Part shown: in pieces, positions 1 through 12,766 of the stretch
Position numbering within the stretch: the first letter of the stretch is position 1
Layout of the letters: every line of letters begins with the position of its first letter
From: Marsupella aquatica
Taxonomy: Eukaryota > Plantae > Marchantiophyta
Reading direction: 5' to 3'
Assembly (NCBI GenBank): GCA_973895155.1
Contig: OZ316891.1
Location: forward strand, 31,813,112-31,877,111
DNA: 64,000 bases
Made by a program: the position numbers and the translations under genes
Notes under the pieces: model-generated
The model's database searches: none
What the model was told of the DNA's origin: nothing
What the model saw: only the letters and a program-made list of their open reading frames with translations

Positions 1-11
1 CAAGCAAGTTG

Positions 12-769
12 TCACCCAGGGCTCCCCATCACTAGATGATTTTGCTGAGGAGTCTTCCTCCAAATTTGACGGTTCAGACGATGGACGACGATGTGTTGTC
101 CCTCCACTGTCTTCTTCTTTTTCTTTTTGCTCCCACACAATCTGGCGGTTGTTTGATAGTGTTTCGCTTGGGTGATTGCTGCCTGCAACATGTTGGGGGC
201 CATCTTTCTAACTTCAAACTGTACACGTCAGGGTAGCCCCGAGATAAACCACTCCATTTGGAGGTTCTTGGGTGGTGGCACTGTCAGTTTCCTTATCTGT
301 TGTTGGATGCGTTGAATATAATATTTGCAGAGTGACTCACAAGCACTCATCCGACTTTTGTTGAGCCAACGCACGATTCTTGCATCTGCTCCTGGTTCTC
401 AAAATTCCTTCTCAAAGGCGGCCTTGAGGAGTGGCCAGTTCTACTGAGTGGGTACATCCAGCACCATGTATCACTTCAACGCCTTGCCTTCAATCAGTCC
501 TTGGAACATCCACTTTGTTGTGTCATCGTCTGCTTCTTTGTTCACAGCAAGGTGGCCAAGTACTGCTCCATCCAATCATTGACATCAATCCTGCCTTTGT
601 AAGGAATGTACTTGATTCTAGATTTCACCATTGGGACAACTGGCCTTCCACCTCCCGCCAGGGGGTTTGGGGGTGCCTGATTAGCAATAGTGGCTGCCAA
701 GGGTTGGCAATACTGCAACGTCCTCCCAGACCTTGCAAGGTATCTCAAAGCCCGGGGGGTCTCGTTCAT
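12..769 (-). pseudogene. gag: Degenerate Gypsy gag fragment
   Basis: Broken ORFs 542-769 and 12-203. SRIKYIPYKGRIDVNDWMEQY resembles SRIHYKAFHGRGDEDPDEWLDDF of the gag at 39022-40146. Lies directly downstream of a PBS. Confidence 0.7.
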
Positions 770-806
770 CCGCTACTTGCTCTTCTTTCCACCAAATACC
801 ACACAC

Positions 807-824
807 TCCCCGGCAGTGGCGCCA
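807..824 (-). promoter_or_regulatory. Primer-binding site of Gypsy element
   Basis: Minus strand reads ...AACA-TTT-TGGCGCCACTGCCGGGGA, close to the Athila-type PBS TGGCGCCGTTGCCGGGGA and placed right after an LTR-like CA end at 828. Confidence 0.75.
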
Positions 825-827
825 AAA

Positions 828-2200
828 TGTTGTTGGGGTGGAGCACAGGGAAGCAACAAACCCAAGCTAGGATTATGTATTCAGACCACTCAGTCTTCTT
901 CCTTGATGAGTGTCGTGTTTGGTTTGAGGGGAGTAGATTACACTCTAAAACTAGTTAACTATCCTCTTTCGAGGGAACCCTTCTATAGCCCTAAGTAGGT
1001 TGTACAAGACTTTACACAAATAAACGCACTACCAATACTACTACCTACGACCCTTCCTCTATTACTATTGCATGGAAAGCCCCTCAGAGATTCAAAGGAC
1101 TTGCCCACAACTGGTCAAAAAGGGGTACCAAGGTATGGATTATTGAGCAAAGGCATGGCTATGCATTGTTCTTATTGTCATAATCTTTGGTTTGAGAGTC
1201 CTTTTTATAGGTTTCCAAACCCGATGTCCTAACATGATGGTATCTGGACCAAGAATAGGACCTTGAGTCTAGTCTAGGTTTATCTTGGATGTCCACTCAA
1301 AACACTCTGCTTCGTCCAAACCTCCACCGGGTACCTCTCTCCTAGCCTGACTACAGGGTCACGAGAAAGTACACAATGGCGAGGGCAAGATTTCTAGCAG
1401 TGTCCAAACCACCCGAGGGATAGGAAAAGGGGAGACTACCTCTTTTTCCTCAACCATCCCCAAATAGTGTGTATTCTACTAGGGCAACACACAAAGGGCG
1501 GCCTATATCCGATGGGTGATTCCATAGGACTTAGACAAGAGGTAAAGCTTGGGGGTTAAATTCCTGCTAGACTCCCACGCTTACCTTGTCATTGCAGCTC
1601 GTCATCCTTACTCCTGTCGTAGGCAAGACACATAGCCGAGAAACGTTATAGCTCATCCGGTCTTGACCCTGGTCCGGACAACCTACAATCCAGGGGAAGA
1701 TAGCCTCTTGTTGTCACTATTGTTAGTATTCAAACCTCACTTCCTCAACAACAACCTCCACTAGAAATTCAATGAAGACTAACTTACCAGAATGGGGAAA
1801 GAACATTAATTGCACATAAACGCGGATTTGCTTGCAAATACTGCACGCCATGTAACTGAATAATGTTCCCCCCCTCATCGCTTTGGATCAAGGGTTTAAA
1901 TACTTTACCATTGGTCCTAAGAATGGGGCAACGGTCACTGTAATTGTAACAAGCTATTCTCCTCTTCCTAACCTAGTTCTATTCGTCAATCCTTCCACCT
2001 CCTTGTAAGACAGGCGACTGCCCTAATTCTCTTTCATGCGCAGCCTCCCGCTCGACTGCCTTTGCATCTCTTGCCGCCATTGGATTAATTCAACGGCAAG
2101 CCCAATGCTAGCAATGTAGCTCATTCTGCTATCTCAGTCGTTGTTCATCCCTTTCTCTCAGCATCTCACCCGCTATCACCACTAGCTATAGTATTCTTTG
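828..2200 (-). mobile_element. Probable 5' LTR of the left-edge Gypsy element (far boundary approximate)
   Basis: Non-coding stretch ending in CA (minus strand) next to the PBS; distal end not resolved. Confidence 0.45.
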
Positions 2201-3573
2201 TAAACGTTGGGACCCCACTCATCCTCTAGCTCAATCTCCTCATCTATGGTTTTAGGGCTAGGTTGGTGTCGGATGCCAAATTTAGTAATAGTTGTTTAAC
2301 TAGAGTTAAAATGACGTAACTATAGTTAGAAGTAACCATAGTTAGCAATAAATTAGGGTTAGGAGAACAAAGAGATGAATAGTAAGTGCATGGTAGGGGG
2401 CCAAGATGATTTTGTATGGGTTGCTGAACTGAGTTAGGAAAAGACAAGTTCTAAGGTTATAATTTATTAGGTTAACACTAGTAGTTTAAATACAATTGAC
2501 CGTAAATAAAAAAGACGGTCGACTTAGCAGAATTAGATAAAAGTCTCATAATAGAGTTAGAGCTAGGAATTTAGCAAGTAGTTAGTTTTAGGTTCAAGGA
2601 ACTCACTAGCAACAATTCAAGTAAAATGGAGGTCTAGGCACACTGCTGGAGATTTATGAAACCGGGATCTCGTTATAAGTATACTCAAATGGGATACCGT
2701 AGGAGTAATGGAAGACAAGGAAATCTGAATGCTATGAGGGTTAGTGAAAAAGGCCAGGTGTCATCACCTAAGCCCTTTTCATAAGGACAAGATTTCAAAA
2801 GAAAACTATGTAGCACTGATGGGGAAACAACAAAATTCAAGTAGGATGGCAGTCGGGTGCAATTAGGTGGAATCAACTCCTTCCATAAGGACAAATAGAG
2901 TTGACTCATGAAATCCGGAGAGCACACACGAGGAGCTTGATTTCAGGCACAAGGAGATAAGGAGATGGTTGGGTGATGATTGGGTGGATGGAGACTCAAT
3001 GTTGTCGTTCAATTGAGCCTCGCAGTGCTACCATTTGCAATTGAATTGCTGATTACTCTACCAAAGAGCTTTTGCTACGGGGAACAGTGAGCAGCTTTGA
3101 GCTGCTGGAGATGAGCATAGTACTGAGCATGCATTGAATAGAGCTTGCTGCTAACTAGGTGTTGCGTTGATGAAAGAAGAGCTTGATCTTGCTACCCCTG
3201 GGCCCTCACTAAAGGGAATGCAATGAGACATACCTGTGACCAAAGGTCCCCTAGGCACCCCTAGTTATATTTTGGAAGAAGATTAAAATATATCTTGTTT
3301 GTTCTAAAGAGAATTTTCAATCCTATATAAAATTTACCTATGTTATTATAATCACACAGATTTTGGGATTTAAAATACCCTTCATTTGTTATAAAAAAAA
3401 ATCATTTTGTGAAGACATCCAATGCAAGTGCACATTTTTTTTATCTGCCAGTTAATGGCACTTACAACTTACACTAAACAAACATATTGCCATATAATTT
3501 TTGGCAATGTGTGAAAGTCATTGGGACTTTAGCACACAAATCACTAGACAGCTAATTCATACTAGATTACATA

Positions 3574-4182
3574 TCAAAGTTCTCCAAACGATTCCAGCGA
3601 AATCTCACTACAAGACATTAACAGAGGTGACATTGCACACGGTATTCCACTTAACAGGGCAGAGAAGTCAAACACTACTCCTGCCTCTAATGTGCCAGAC
3701 ATCCTACCGGGCATCCTACTAGGCCGCAGATTCTTAATGTTGCTCCATTCATATGGGATGGGAGCATTCACTTCTGCAAACTGAGAGCAAATATTACAAA
3801 GACTTTCATCACCACACTCAGTGCAAATCCATTGGGCTTCACTGCTGTCCTTCTTGAAATTAGAGGGACAGATTGTTTCATTAGCTAACATCACAATAGG
3901 AGACTTCCTAGCGGGCTTCCTAGTCTCTCCAGCCCCCTCTCCAGTCCCGTCTCTAGCTTTCCTACTCCCGTTCCTACTAGGCCCACTCCTCGGCAACATT
4001 TCTCTTCGTGGAGTGGGGTCATGCTTCAGCCCCCGCTTGGGCATTGGTACATCCAATCCATATATTCGATGTTTCACTGTGCTCCCTCTAGAACCGGGTC
4101 TAGAACACACCATATTGTTGTCGGGTCTGTTGCAGGCCAGGTTACAGAACACAAGCAAACAAAGACACCTGAGGCAAGCCAA
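3574..4182 (-). CDS. Hypothetical cargo protein with basic region and Cys cluster (CTECGDESLCNIC); 5' end probably spliced
   Basis: 202-aa ORF inside the TIRs, co-oriented with the transposase. The N-terminal part of the listed ORF looks intronic (GT...CAACAG). Confidence 0.45.
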   Translation of the reverse strand: MACLRCLCLLVFCNLACNRPDNNMVCSRPGSRGSTVKHRIYGLDVPMPKRGLKHDPTPRREMLPRSGPSRNGSRKARDGTGEGAGETRKPARKSPIVMLANETICPSNFKKDSSEAQWICTECGDESLCNICSQFAEVNAPIPYEWSNIKNLRPSRMPGRMSGTLEAGVVFDFSALLSGIPCAMSPLLMSCSEISLESFGEL

Positions 4183-4407
4183 GTAACCCTCATCAGAACA
4201 TGCAAATTAGGGGAGACTACATTTTGCTTGTGGCATAAAGATGTACATTAAATGCTATCTATAACCTCTCCACATGCATATGAATTGAAGACGATAGATA
4301 GTTTCAGTACGTACTCGCCTGTACATCAACTCGATTGCCCTGCAATCATTCAATGAATATCATTCATCAGAAAACAATTTTAGAGCTTACCCAAATCCCC
4401 GCCCAAA

Positions 4408-7400
4408 TCACTTTTGGGTCTGGACAAAATCATCCAGAACAACTACATCTGCCTGATCCAGGTGGAAGACGTTTGGACAACCAGGATTCACTGATAAAGT
4501 GACTGCCAATATGACACAGTCCAAGTCAATCCAGTCAGGATCGGAGACATTGTACGCAAATTTTAGCCTGCTATTTCCCACCCGTGAAAACCAATCAAAT
4601 CGAACTTTCACTCCCTGATCAGCACCAGGCCTATCAAGCAAATCCACAGCTTCTCTTGTTCTACCAACTTTCCCATTATACCTCCTCTGAATGCATTGTA
4701 CTCGTCCTATCCACCACACATATTTAGGACTGTCAGGTACTGTGGCCACATTGACTGCCACACCTCGTGACCTCTTTGGGTTGGGGAGGGCACTAGAGTC
4801 CTGGCTACACCCTTTCTTTCGAACTCCTTTCCCTTTCAAGCATCGAGAACTTCCTCCAGAATTTCGAGTTTCTCTCACCTGTGGTGTATTATCTTCAAAT
4901 AATACACCACAGTCACTACCAACAGTCATGAACATAGTGGGTACACCTCGATTCACTGGCTTATCCACTAAATTGTTGAAATAAATGCTCTGCTTCACAC
5001 GAGTCAAACGGTCCTTACTAAGATGGGGATTACCAACAAGCTGACTAACCAATGTGCTCTTGTATATTTGCCGACCCTGGAAACTCACAGTAGGTTTCAC
5101 ATCAACAATAGGCTCACCATACACCAGGTCAGCATAAATCTCGGACATAACTGCCACACATCCAGCAGAAGCTATCTGAACATCTGGAACCCCATCATCT
5201 CCCTCATCTACTAACAACTCCGTTTCCATAGGAGTTTCAACAGGTATTTCAGCAGTAGGATCTACAGAAGGCGGTACTATACTCGGGACCTGTGGCCCAA
5301 CTACAGGTCCTGTTGAGAGCTGGATCGGGGGACCTAGTACATCATCCGCTGGATTGAGATCATCCACTCGAACATCACACCATCCACCAAACTTTGACCC
5401 TTTCTGTTCCATGATCCATGGTGAATCCCACCACACTTTGTCTTTGCAAGATGTGAATGGGTTCATTTCAAGTTGAGTGGCAACATTTTGCGCCAACAAC
5501 AACCCCTCTTTCAAAGCTGCCGCAACTTCCTCATTTGTTTCTATGCCTGAATAGTCTGCTTGATCAGCATCCTCCTTAGGGCCTGGAATGAGAGACATCC
5601 AAATGGACCTGTGCTTCTTATGACTTCTCCCTGCACCTACAATCCCACGACTCAGGTCCATTGCTGCCAACCTGTTTAAAGAGGTTGCATAGTCAACAAG
5701 TTCTGAAAAGTCATAGTTTCGCTCATTCCCTTTCATCCCACCTACTTTAGAGAAAAACTGTTCACAACAGTCAGAGCCTGTCATCTGCAAGGGTACTGGC
5801 AGATGTCGGAAATTCTCTCTAAATTGGACTATCAGAAGGACCACAAAATGCACTGATATTTGAATGTCCAGGAAAGTTTGCATAGGGACGCAACTTGCTG
5901 TAAAACTAATTGGCTGTGTATTACCACCTACAGTATGGTTCCCATGGAAGCACCAGAGTCTCCAAAGTCTGAAAAAGAAACCAACTTTTCCACATAGGAC
6001 AATCTGTTGCCGCAAAGTAAGGGATGTGTTCATGAACACATCAAAATAGTCTGCACATATGGTTACATAAATCTCAGTCCCGAGTGACATCTCCACTTTC
6101 ACATCCTTCCGTTGTCGAAGCTTCCTCAATGATGAGACTACTTTCCTACTACAGAGTCTCTGTGCACTAGCCCAATTCTGTCTATCATTATGCCCAATGT
6201 CTGCAAGGTTAATGCCATGTTCATCATGGCTACCAAGCTTCTGTACAGTCCCCAAATGACTCCAACTTGCCACATGCGCCCCTAATTTCAATGTTCTAGC
6301 CAAGGAATCCAATGTGTTGATGAGCTTCTTCCCATTGTGGATGTAATCTTGATCATGTAACCCATGAGCATGCACATAGGGCCCCTCAGTGGTAAACGAG
6401 TGACTCAATAGCCATCCTTCCCAGCAAAGGTTCTATCTGGGCCCCTGTATTCCTTTACCAGTGTAATCTTCCAGCATGAGCTTCCTCCTACGAGAATCCC
6501 CATCACTGGCATGGCCCAAGAGCGGGCCGACTGACTGCAAGCAATGAGTGGTCCATAGGGATCCAATGTCATTCCATTGATCTCTTACATCGTCCGCCTT
6601 AAACTTGTTGCATGTAATGGTACCTCCTACACAGAGTCGAGGAAATCCACGAACCAGGGGATTCACTACATGCGCTCTTGCTTGGTGGCCAACAACATAT
6701 GTTTGAAAGGCTTCAGTTATGTTGTTGAAGCCCTCCTCTCCCTCTCCAACCTTCACGGTCAAGCCCACCACACATTTATGGTTCTCTTTCTCTCCACAAA
6801 ATCCCAAAAGTGTATCATGTTTAGGCTGCCATCTGCATGGCACATGAAAAATTCAGTGAATTGCCGAGTCAATCTAGCCATGGTAACAAGTACCGAGCTC
6901 AAATTCAATGATAGATGATAATCATGACGATGAAATCACCTGACTGTGCGCTTCACAACAGTCTCATCCTCAGCCACATAGCATGGCACAGGACCATCGG
7001 TACCCATCCTCTGTTTCAGTCGAGAGTACACTTCGGCCACAAACTTGAATTGCTCCGCTCGTATACCAACACGAAACACTGCCATACCCCTTTGATCTCG
7101 TTGAAGGGTGTTCAGACTAGGGCCTAGACCATTAGTCTGTAGGCAGTCAACTACACGTCTTCCCCCATGTTGGTACAGTGTTTGGACAAGTAGCTTTGAC
7201 CCTGATCGCCACCTCTGACCCTGCTTTTCCCTATTGAGGTTGGAAGCTACATCTCTCAGCAAATCCCACAATGCATCTCTCCCACCAAAGGCTCCTCTTC
7301 GATGAGCCAACACAATGGAATTGCAAAATTTGAACACATCTTTCCTATTCTGTGACTCCTCGCAGACATCCCTCAGTGAAGGGACTCGTGCATGCAACAT

Positions 7401-9269
7401 GCATAGACGGTGTTGTAGCATTCTCACACGCCTTCTCTCCCTCACTATGTTCCTCTTATACACTTTTGCCTGAAAATTGATTTCAAGAACTGTAAGGTAA
7501 TCTAACCGTCGACCCTTCCCGGTCCCTCTGCTCCCTCTTTTCAGAGTTGAGATGGCCTCTCGACTAACTCTTCCTCTAAAATCATCCCTAAATTTTATTG
7601 AGTAACATTGCTGGCAAGTAAGGTCTCGAAAACCACCGCCAGCCTCTGACATTCTACTGCACTGTTTGTGTCTAAACAGTCCTTGTATAGCACATGTTTC
7701 TTGGGTTGATAGACACCACACCTCGGCAATGACTAGAGGCTCTGCAAACCAATCACCCTCCACTTTAAGCTGGTCAAATAGGATTTCCTTGATAGGCCTG
7801 ACTTCCCCTCTGTATATGACCACATCTCTCCACAACCCCCAACACAACAACGACCATCCATGCACAATACCTTTATCTAGTGCTAAATCCCCAGTCTGGC
7901 TGCTCGAGCCTCCACTTGATTCGCTACCCCTAGGCTGACTGCTGGAAGCTTTATCTCGAGCTTGTCGACTTAAGAATCCTGCAATTGTTCTTTGTCGAAC
8001 AACTCTCTTGTCGCTTCTGGGTGGCCTGCCTGCCTTCCCTGATAGAACTGGTTGACCAATGGGTGGTTTCTAACTTCTGGCCACTGCATTTAAGTGGTTC
8101 ACACTACTACAATGGGACTGCAAATTGGACTCCAAATTACGTTGTATCAATACAAGATACTCTGTGCAAAAATAACACAGAAGTTTAAACTTGCGCAGCT
8201 CCACAGGCTCCTTGCTAAGGTCACCTACGATTTCAAAAGTCTGATGGTCAACCACCTGACTGTCATTCACACGCTCCACAATCTTGACATGAATGTCAAG
8301 AGTGCTTCTATCACTCAGTAAAGATGCTGCAGCCCTCTTGGAGATCTCCACTTGGTCAATTTTCTCACCCCTATTAGTTGCCACATTTGATGCATGCTTA
8401 TCTGTAATGAGATGTTTGTGTTTGAAATTGGTGAAGCAGTTAGTGATGCTCCCTCTGTCCATCAACCCCTTTGACGTTCCCAGCCTATTGCACTGACACT
8501 CTACACACTCTATCTTACCACAAGGAACACCATCTTTGTCCCAAGTCATTACTTTCCACTTGTGGTGTGCAGCATTGATGGACACCATGTGCTCCTTCAA
8601 CTTATCAACCTCTTTCAACCAATGCCTCTCTAGTTCCTTTGGCATAGTCGTTGACTTAAGACTCACTTGCAGCACCTGCTCCTCAACTGGTCGAGGAGTG
8701 TCAACAAGGGAAGGATTGGGCAACGGGAGCTCATCTCCTAGCCAGTCAGTACCCTCGACACGTTGGGTGTCAAGGTCATCACCCTGGCTGCAAGTTTGAG
8801 ATGTACCATTGGAAGCATTGCTACTCCCAATGTCGACACCAGTGCCTAGTACTCCCGCTGGTACTGCAGTCCCAACCTTTGGGATAACGACGAGTTTCCC
8901 TCCACAGTCCTCAATGAGATTGCCTTTCTCCCAGGCAACCTTAATTCGACTATTGAAATTGACATCAATAAACTGGAACTCAAAATCCCAAAGTTCCAGG
9001 TCCACCATCTTTTGCCTAGCGTCAGCCAAGGTCCAACCCTCCTTGTAACTAAGGGACCCCGAATGCTTTTGGTCTCCTGACTCATTGTTGACCCGATATA
9101 CAGGCACGGACGGCATAAGAACATGAAAATTCTTCCCTGCAAACAATCCAGCAATGACAACATCACTTCAACCTCTTCACACAGGAAGTTCAGTTCGGAG
9201 ACATAGGAAACCTATACTTGCGGTTGACGGTTTAGTAACACAGGTTTGCCTTCTTAAACTGGCTTGCAT
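4408..9269 (-). pseudogene. P-element-superfamily-like DDE transposase, about 1,560 aa, two in-frame TAG stops
   Basis: Model: complement(join(4408..6832,6940..9136,9212..9269)), with GT-AG introns 6833-6939 and 9137-9211. The listed ORFs join in frame across TAGs at 8070-8072 and 6433-6435. Motifs: EDETVVK (D1), HASDGDSRRR (D2), DYIHNGKKL (DxxH), DRQNWASAQRL, SDCCEQFFS (E), matching the order in P/THAP9 transposases. The first exon is tentative. Confidence 0.75.
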
Positions 9270-9501
9270 TCTAAACCGCAAGTTACCAAGTCTGTGGTTT
9301 TATCATTACTTCCTGTGGAAAAATACAGACAAAGCCAACAAAACGATAGCATGGCACATGAAAATGACAGGCACAGCATCAGGGAATACAATGCAAATGA
9401 TGTCCACTGGAATGAAAGTCTCTACAGGTGAAGACTTTAAAAGTACAAAATTGTGCAGTCTGAAAATGTCTCAAAATGAAGGATGGTGAACTACAGCACC
9501 T

Positions 9502-10251
9502 CTACACTAAGATCTCATCCTCACTATCTTCAGGCTCTGTATCAGTATCAAACCGCGCTACATCAAATCGCAATATATGCTTCTTGGGCCAATGAGGGAT
9601 ATGGGTGACCGTATGATCATAAGCCCACAACCAATGAAAGTCCACCACTCCGGTAGCGGGATCCACTACTGCTACCGAATACCTACGTGACGGAATGTCA
9701 CAGCAAGCATTAACGCAGCAAGTGCATGCCTCCCCATTTGCTAGCACACTAGTCCACAGACCAGTGCTATAGATCATCTTGAAGAACCTACATAGAGGTC
9801 TAGGAGGTAGTTCACGGCTCCGATAGGAATGAAGTTTCCCACCACTGTCAATGAGGAACTCTGTGGCAAGAGGATCTGGGAGATCATCAATGATATCTTG
9901 GATCTCATCAAATGCTCCACTTCTATTGGCAGCATAAAAGTTTGGATCATACAAGGGATTGCCATCTACCACATGGCAGCAGTGGAGAATCAGACGCCTC
10001 ACTGCACCAGTCTTCAGAAGAAGGAGAACTAACCGATTACACCAACAAACATATCTGTCCCACTGAATATAAATAACCCCTTCCTGCTCATCTAAGTAAA
10101 AATGATATTGGTTCAAGTCGGATGCCTGCACAATTAATTTAAAAATACGCAAGATAAGACTCGAATCCAGCCTCTTCAGCTGATTCAGAAGGGCCCCATC
10201 GCCCCAGTAGTATGGGTCCATTTCCGGGAGGTATATGTGAATCTCCAACAT
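9502..10251 (-). CDS. Hypothetical cargo protein, 249 aa, Cys cluster (CTCCVNACC) and acidic tail
   Basis: ATG-started open frame with globular-protein-like composition, inside the TIRs; no family recognised. Confidence 0.55.
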   Translation of the reverse strand: MLEIHIYLPEMDPYYWGDGALLNQLKRLDSSLILRIFKLIVQASDLNQYHFYLDEQEGVIYIQWDRYVCWCNRLVLLLLKTGAVRRLILHCCHVVDGNPLYDPNFYAANRSGAFDEIQDIIDDLPDPLATEFLIDSGGKLHSYRSRELPPRPLCRFFKMIYSTGLWTSVLANGEACTCCVNACCDIPSRRYSVAVVDPATGVVDFHWLWAYDHTVTHIPHWPKKHILRFDVARFDTDTEPEDSEDEILV

Positions 10252-11475
10252 GGCCTGTTAAAGACCCGCAAACTGAGTGAGGGAACGCAAACCTTGCTCC
10301 AGAACCAAAGTTGAATTGCTAGTATAAAAAATGGGCAGGCATGAATCTTGGACCATTGCTTGGGAGACCACCTTCACTGGACCAATACCAAGAGGGCCTT
10401 GCCCCATCCCGGCCATTTCTCCTGGTCATTGGCTTGAAAGATTCATTGCAGCTTTCTCCGAGTAATTTCGGGTGGGAAGGGACGAACCCTTTGCTGGCAA
10501 GGACTCCAGTGTCAGCGTAAGCACAAGAGAGATTGGGATCTGCACATGCAGGACTTGTGCTTCAGCCATGTGCAGTCGGGGCCAGGCCCACCACTCCAAT
10601 TCCCTCCACTTGAACACAGATGGCCAAGTCAAAATTTCCTTACTGACTCGCTCAGCCGATGACTCAATATTTTATTGGAATTGTCTCCCGGACCACCCAA
10701 CCCTATGACCAGGCTCTAAACTGGATTGCACTTGGCTGCCAACTCCAAGGCCCCCCCTCCCAGGCAACCTGCCTCTCCTTCAAGGAGCGCTAGACTGCTG
10801 GGGACCAATTCCAGCAGTCTCCACCAAGGGCATCACTTCCCTGGGGTCTCCTTGAAGTCGAGCATTCCTGCACAGCAACGCATGCAAGAGCTCTAAAGGA
10901 AATGCAGAATGGACATGTAACAACTAGCCCTGTGTTACTTACCTGAGCAACACACAATCCCTGTCGTTAGACTGGACAAAAAATCCAGAAAAGCAAAGGA
11001 AATTGAGATGAGTTCACTCGAATGACAACGTACCTTGTTGATGGAATAGGACAGAACCAGGGGCCCTGAGGTCAATTATACACGACCTATTTGGTGAATG
11101 CGCCTTGCTTGCAATAAAACCTGGAGTACAACACCCGGGACAAATCCAAAGTGAGTTGTAAATCATACATTTCCATATTGAATGATAGCAATATTCTGGC
11201 AGGCCTTCAATTTCTTTTGAACAAATGGAGTATTTCGAAATATCATCATGGTTCCTCAAATTAAAGGAAACTCAGACCAATTTTCCTCTGTTGGCTCACT
11301 ACCTTCAAAATTGATACATTCAACATTCCTTGTACAAAATAGCTCCACAGGAGCAAAGTGCGAAAACCTGAACTAGTTTTCAGTGTGGTACACAAGAGGA
11401 ACATCCCCTCCCTGTGCACAAGCCAACACATAATTCAGGGCCCTAAACTACCCTACCGTGAAAATTGGGGCCATC

Positions 11476-11961
11476 CTAAGGTATGGACAGATTCACCCAA
11501 GGATGTGTATTATAAACCACACAACAGAAACGGGCCATCCGACGAAGCTGATTCAACTTTGCATTCTCATCAAGTGCCGGGTCTTGGGAACAGATACTGC
11601 ACTCTGCAGTCAATTCATGGATACAGGCATTAAGCTGAGCCTTGGAGGCGTCAGGCACTCCATCGGTCTTCACACAAAATTGAAGGTATATGGGCAGACG
11701 TTTAGGTCTTGGGACGCGTCGGAGTGCTCGAGGCAGATTGCTACGTCTGACAGGGGCAATGTCTCGGTAGTAGCACAGGACCCCTAGACCTCTAGGGAGG
11801 ACTTCATCCCGAACCATCAACTTGTACAGTCTGCGTACACGTCTGGTTAGAGTGTCCTCTGCTCTCCTCATAGAACGGGTGATCACCATACCTCGCCAAG
11901 TTTTGGTCGTTGCTTGCCTGATGTAGGTGGATGACCAAGGAATCTGGTGGATATGGTTCAC
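11476..11961 (-). CDS. Hypothetical cargo protein exon (Arg-rich, CxxC), probably spliced to degraded exons at ~10300-11360
   Basis: 161-aa ATG ORF. Minus-strand splice-like signals and broken frames lie downstream. Confidence 0.4.
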   Translation of the reverse strand: MNHIHQIPWSSTYIRQATTKTWRGMVITRSMRRAEDTLTRRVRRLYKLMVRDEVLPRGLGVLCYYRDIAPVRRSNLPRALRRVPRPKRLPIYLQFCVKTDGVPDASKAQLNACIHELTAECSICSQDPALDENAKLNQLRRMARFCCVVYNTHPWVNLSIP

Positions 11962-12277
11962 GACGATCCACTCTCAGCAAGAGACATGCAAGACCTTCAA
12001 CGTAGACGACAGCTTGGTAGACCAGAAGTCCTTCAACACACTGGCAGATTCAGAGACCTGCACACAAATTTACTTCACAACATCAATAAGTCGTTATAGT
12101 GTGCAACGATAGACTTGGGCAAAGACATTTGGAAGCAAGGAGTAGGTATATGTGCACATGAGGAAAACATAAGAAAGGGAGTCAAGTTGGCCTTCAATTG
12201 CATGCAAGAACACACAACATCACCTGAAATTCCAAATTCGTCTCATATTCAAATGAACACAAGTCTTACATTGACAA

Positions 12278-12766
12278 TTATGCCAACCCGGCCAAGATCT
12301 GCATCTTTAACCAATCCTCCGCTTGTGCTCTAGTCTTAAATGACCTATGACTATTCCCACTAAAACCTAGGACTTGTTTGTCAGCGGCTTCGTGACATTC
12401 ATATATGCCTGGCCTACGGCCTCTAGACACTGCATAATAACGGGAAACTAACGGCGTAGAAGTCTTGTGCAGAGGCAAAGCTTCATGACCGACAATGTCA
12501 GTATGAGGGGCCTCTGCACCCCCAACATCAGCCATCTCTAGGGGTGGACGCGCAAGAGCAATGAATCGCTCCAAAATTTCATGCAAAAATCGAAATAGTT
12601 GGCTAAGCAAACCCAACAGAGTCCACAGTAAATTCTCAGTACACAATCCGACCGCAGAGCACACAAATGCCCCTATGACTTGCATAGAAAGGGTCCATAT
12701 GGCATTGACCTTTGTCTCACGTGACATATTGCTTATAGATTGACTTCTACCGGGACTTCTACTCAC
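12278..12766 (-). CDS. Cargo protein with RNase H1 N-terminal hybrid-binding / caulimovirus viroplasmin (Cauli_VI) domain
   Basis: YYAVSRGRRPGIYECHEAADKQVLGFSGNSHRSFKTRAQAEDWL matches the consensus YYAVxxGRxPGIYxxWxxxxxQVxGFxGxxxKSFxTxxEAxxWL. No catalytic RNase H domain follows. Confidence 0.8.
   Translation of the reverse strand: MSRSPGRSQSISNMSRETKVNAIWTLSMQVIGAFVCSAVGLCTENLLWTLLGLLSQLFRFLHEILERFIALARPPLEMADVGGAEAPHTDIVGHEALPLHKTSTPLVSRYYAVSRGRRPGIYECHEAADKQVLGFSGNSHRSFKTRAQAEDWLKMQILAGLA

Noticed and set aside
6433-8072. Programmed TAG readthrough or editing of transposase stops
   Set aside because: Ordinary point mutation is simpler; PPR editing acts in organelles, and the same change occurs in clearly decayed elements.
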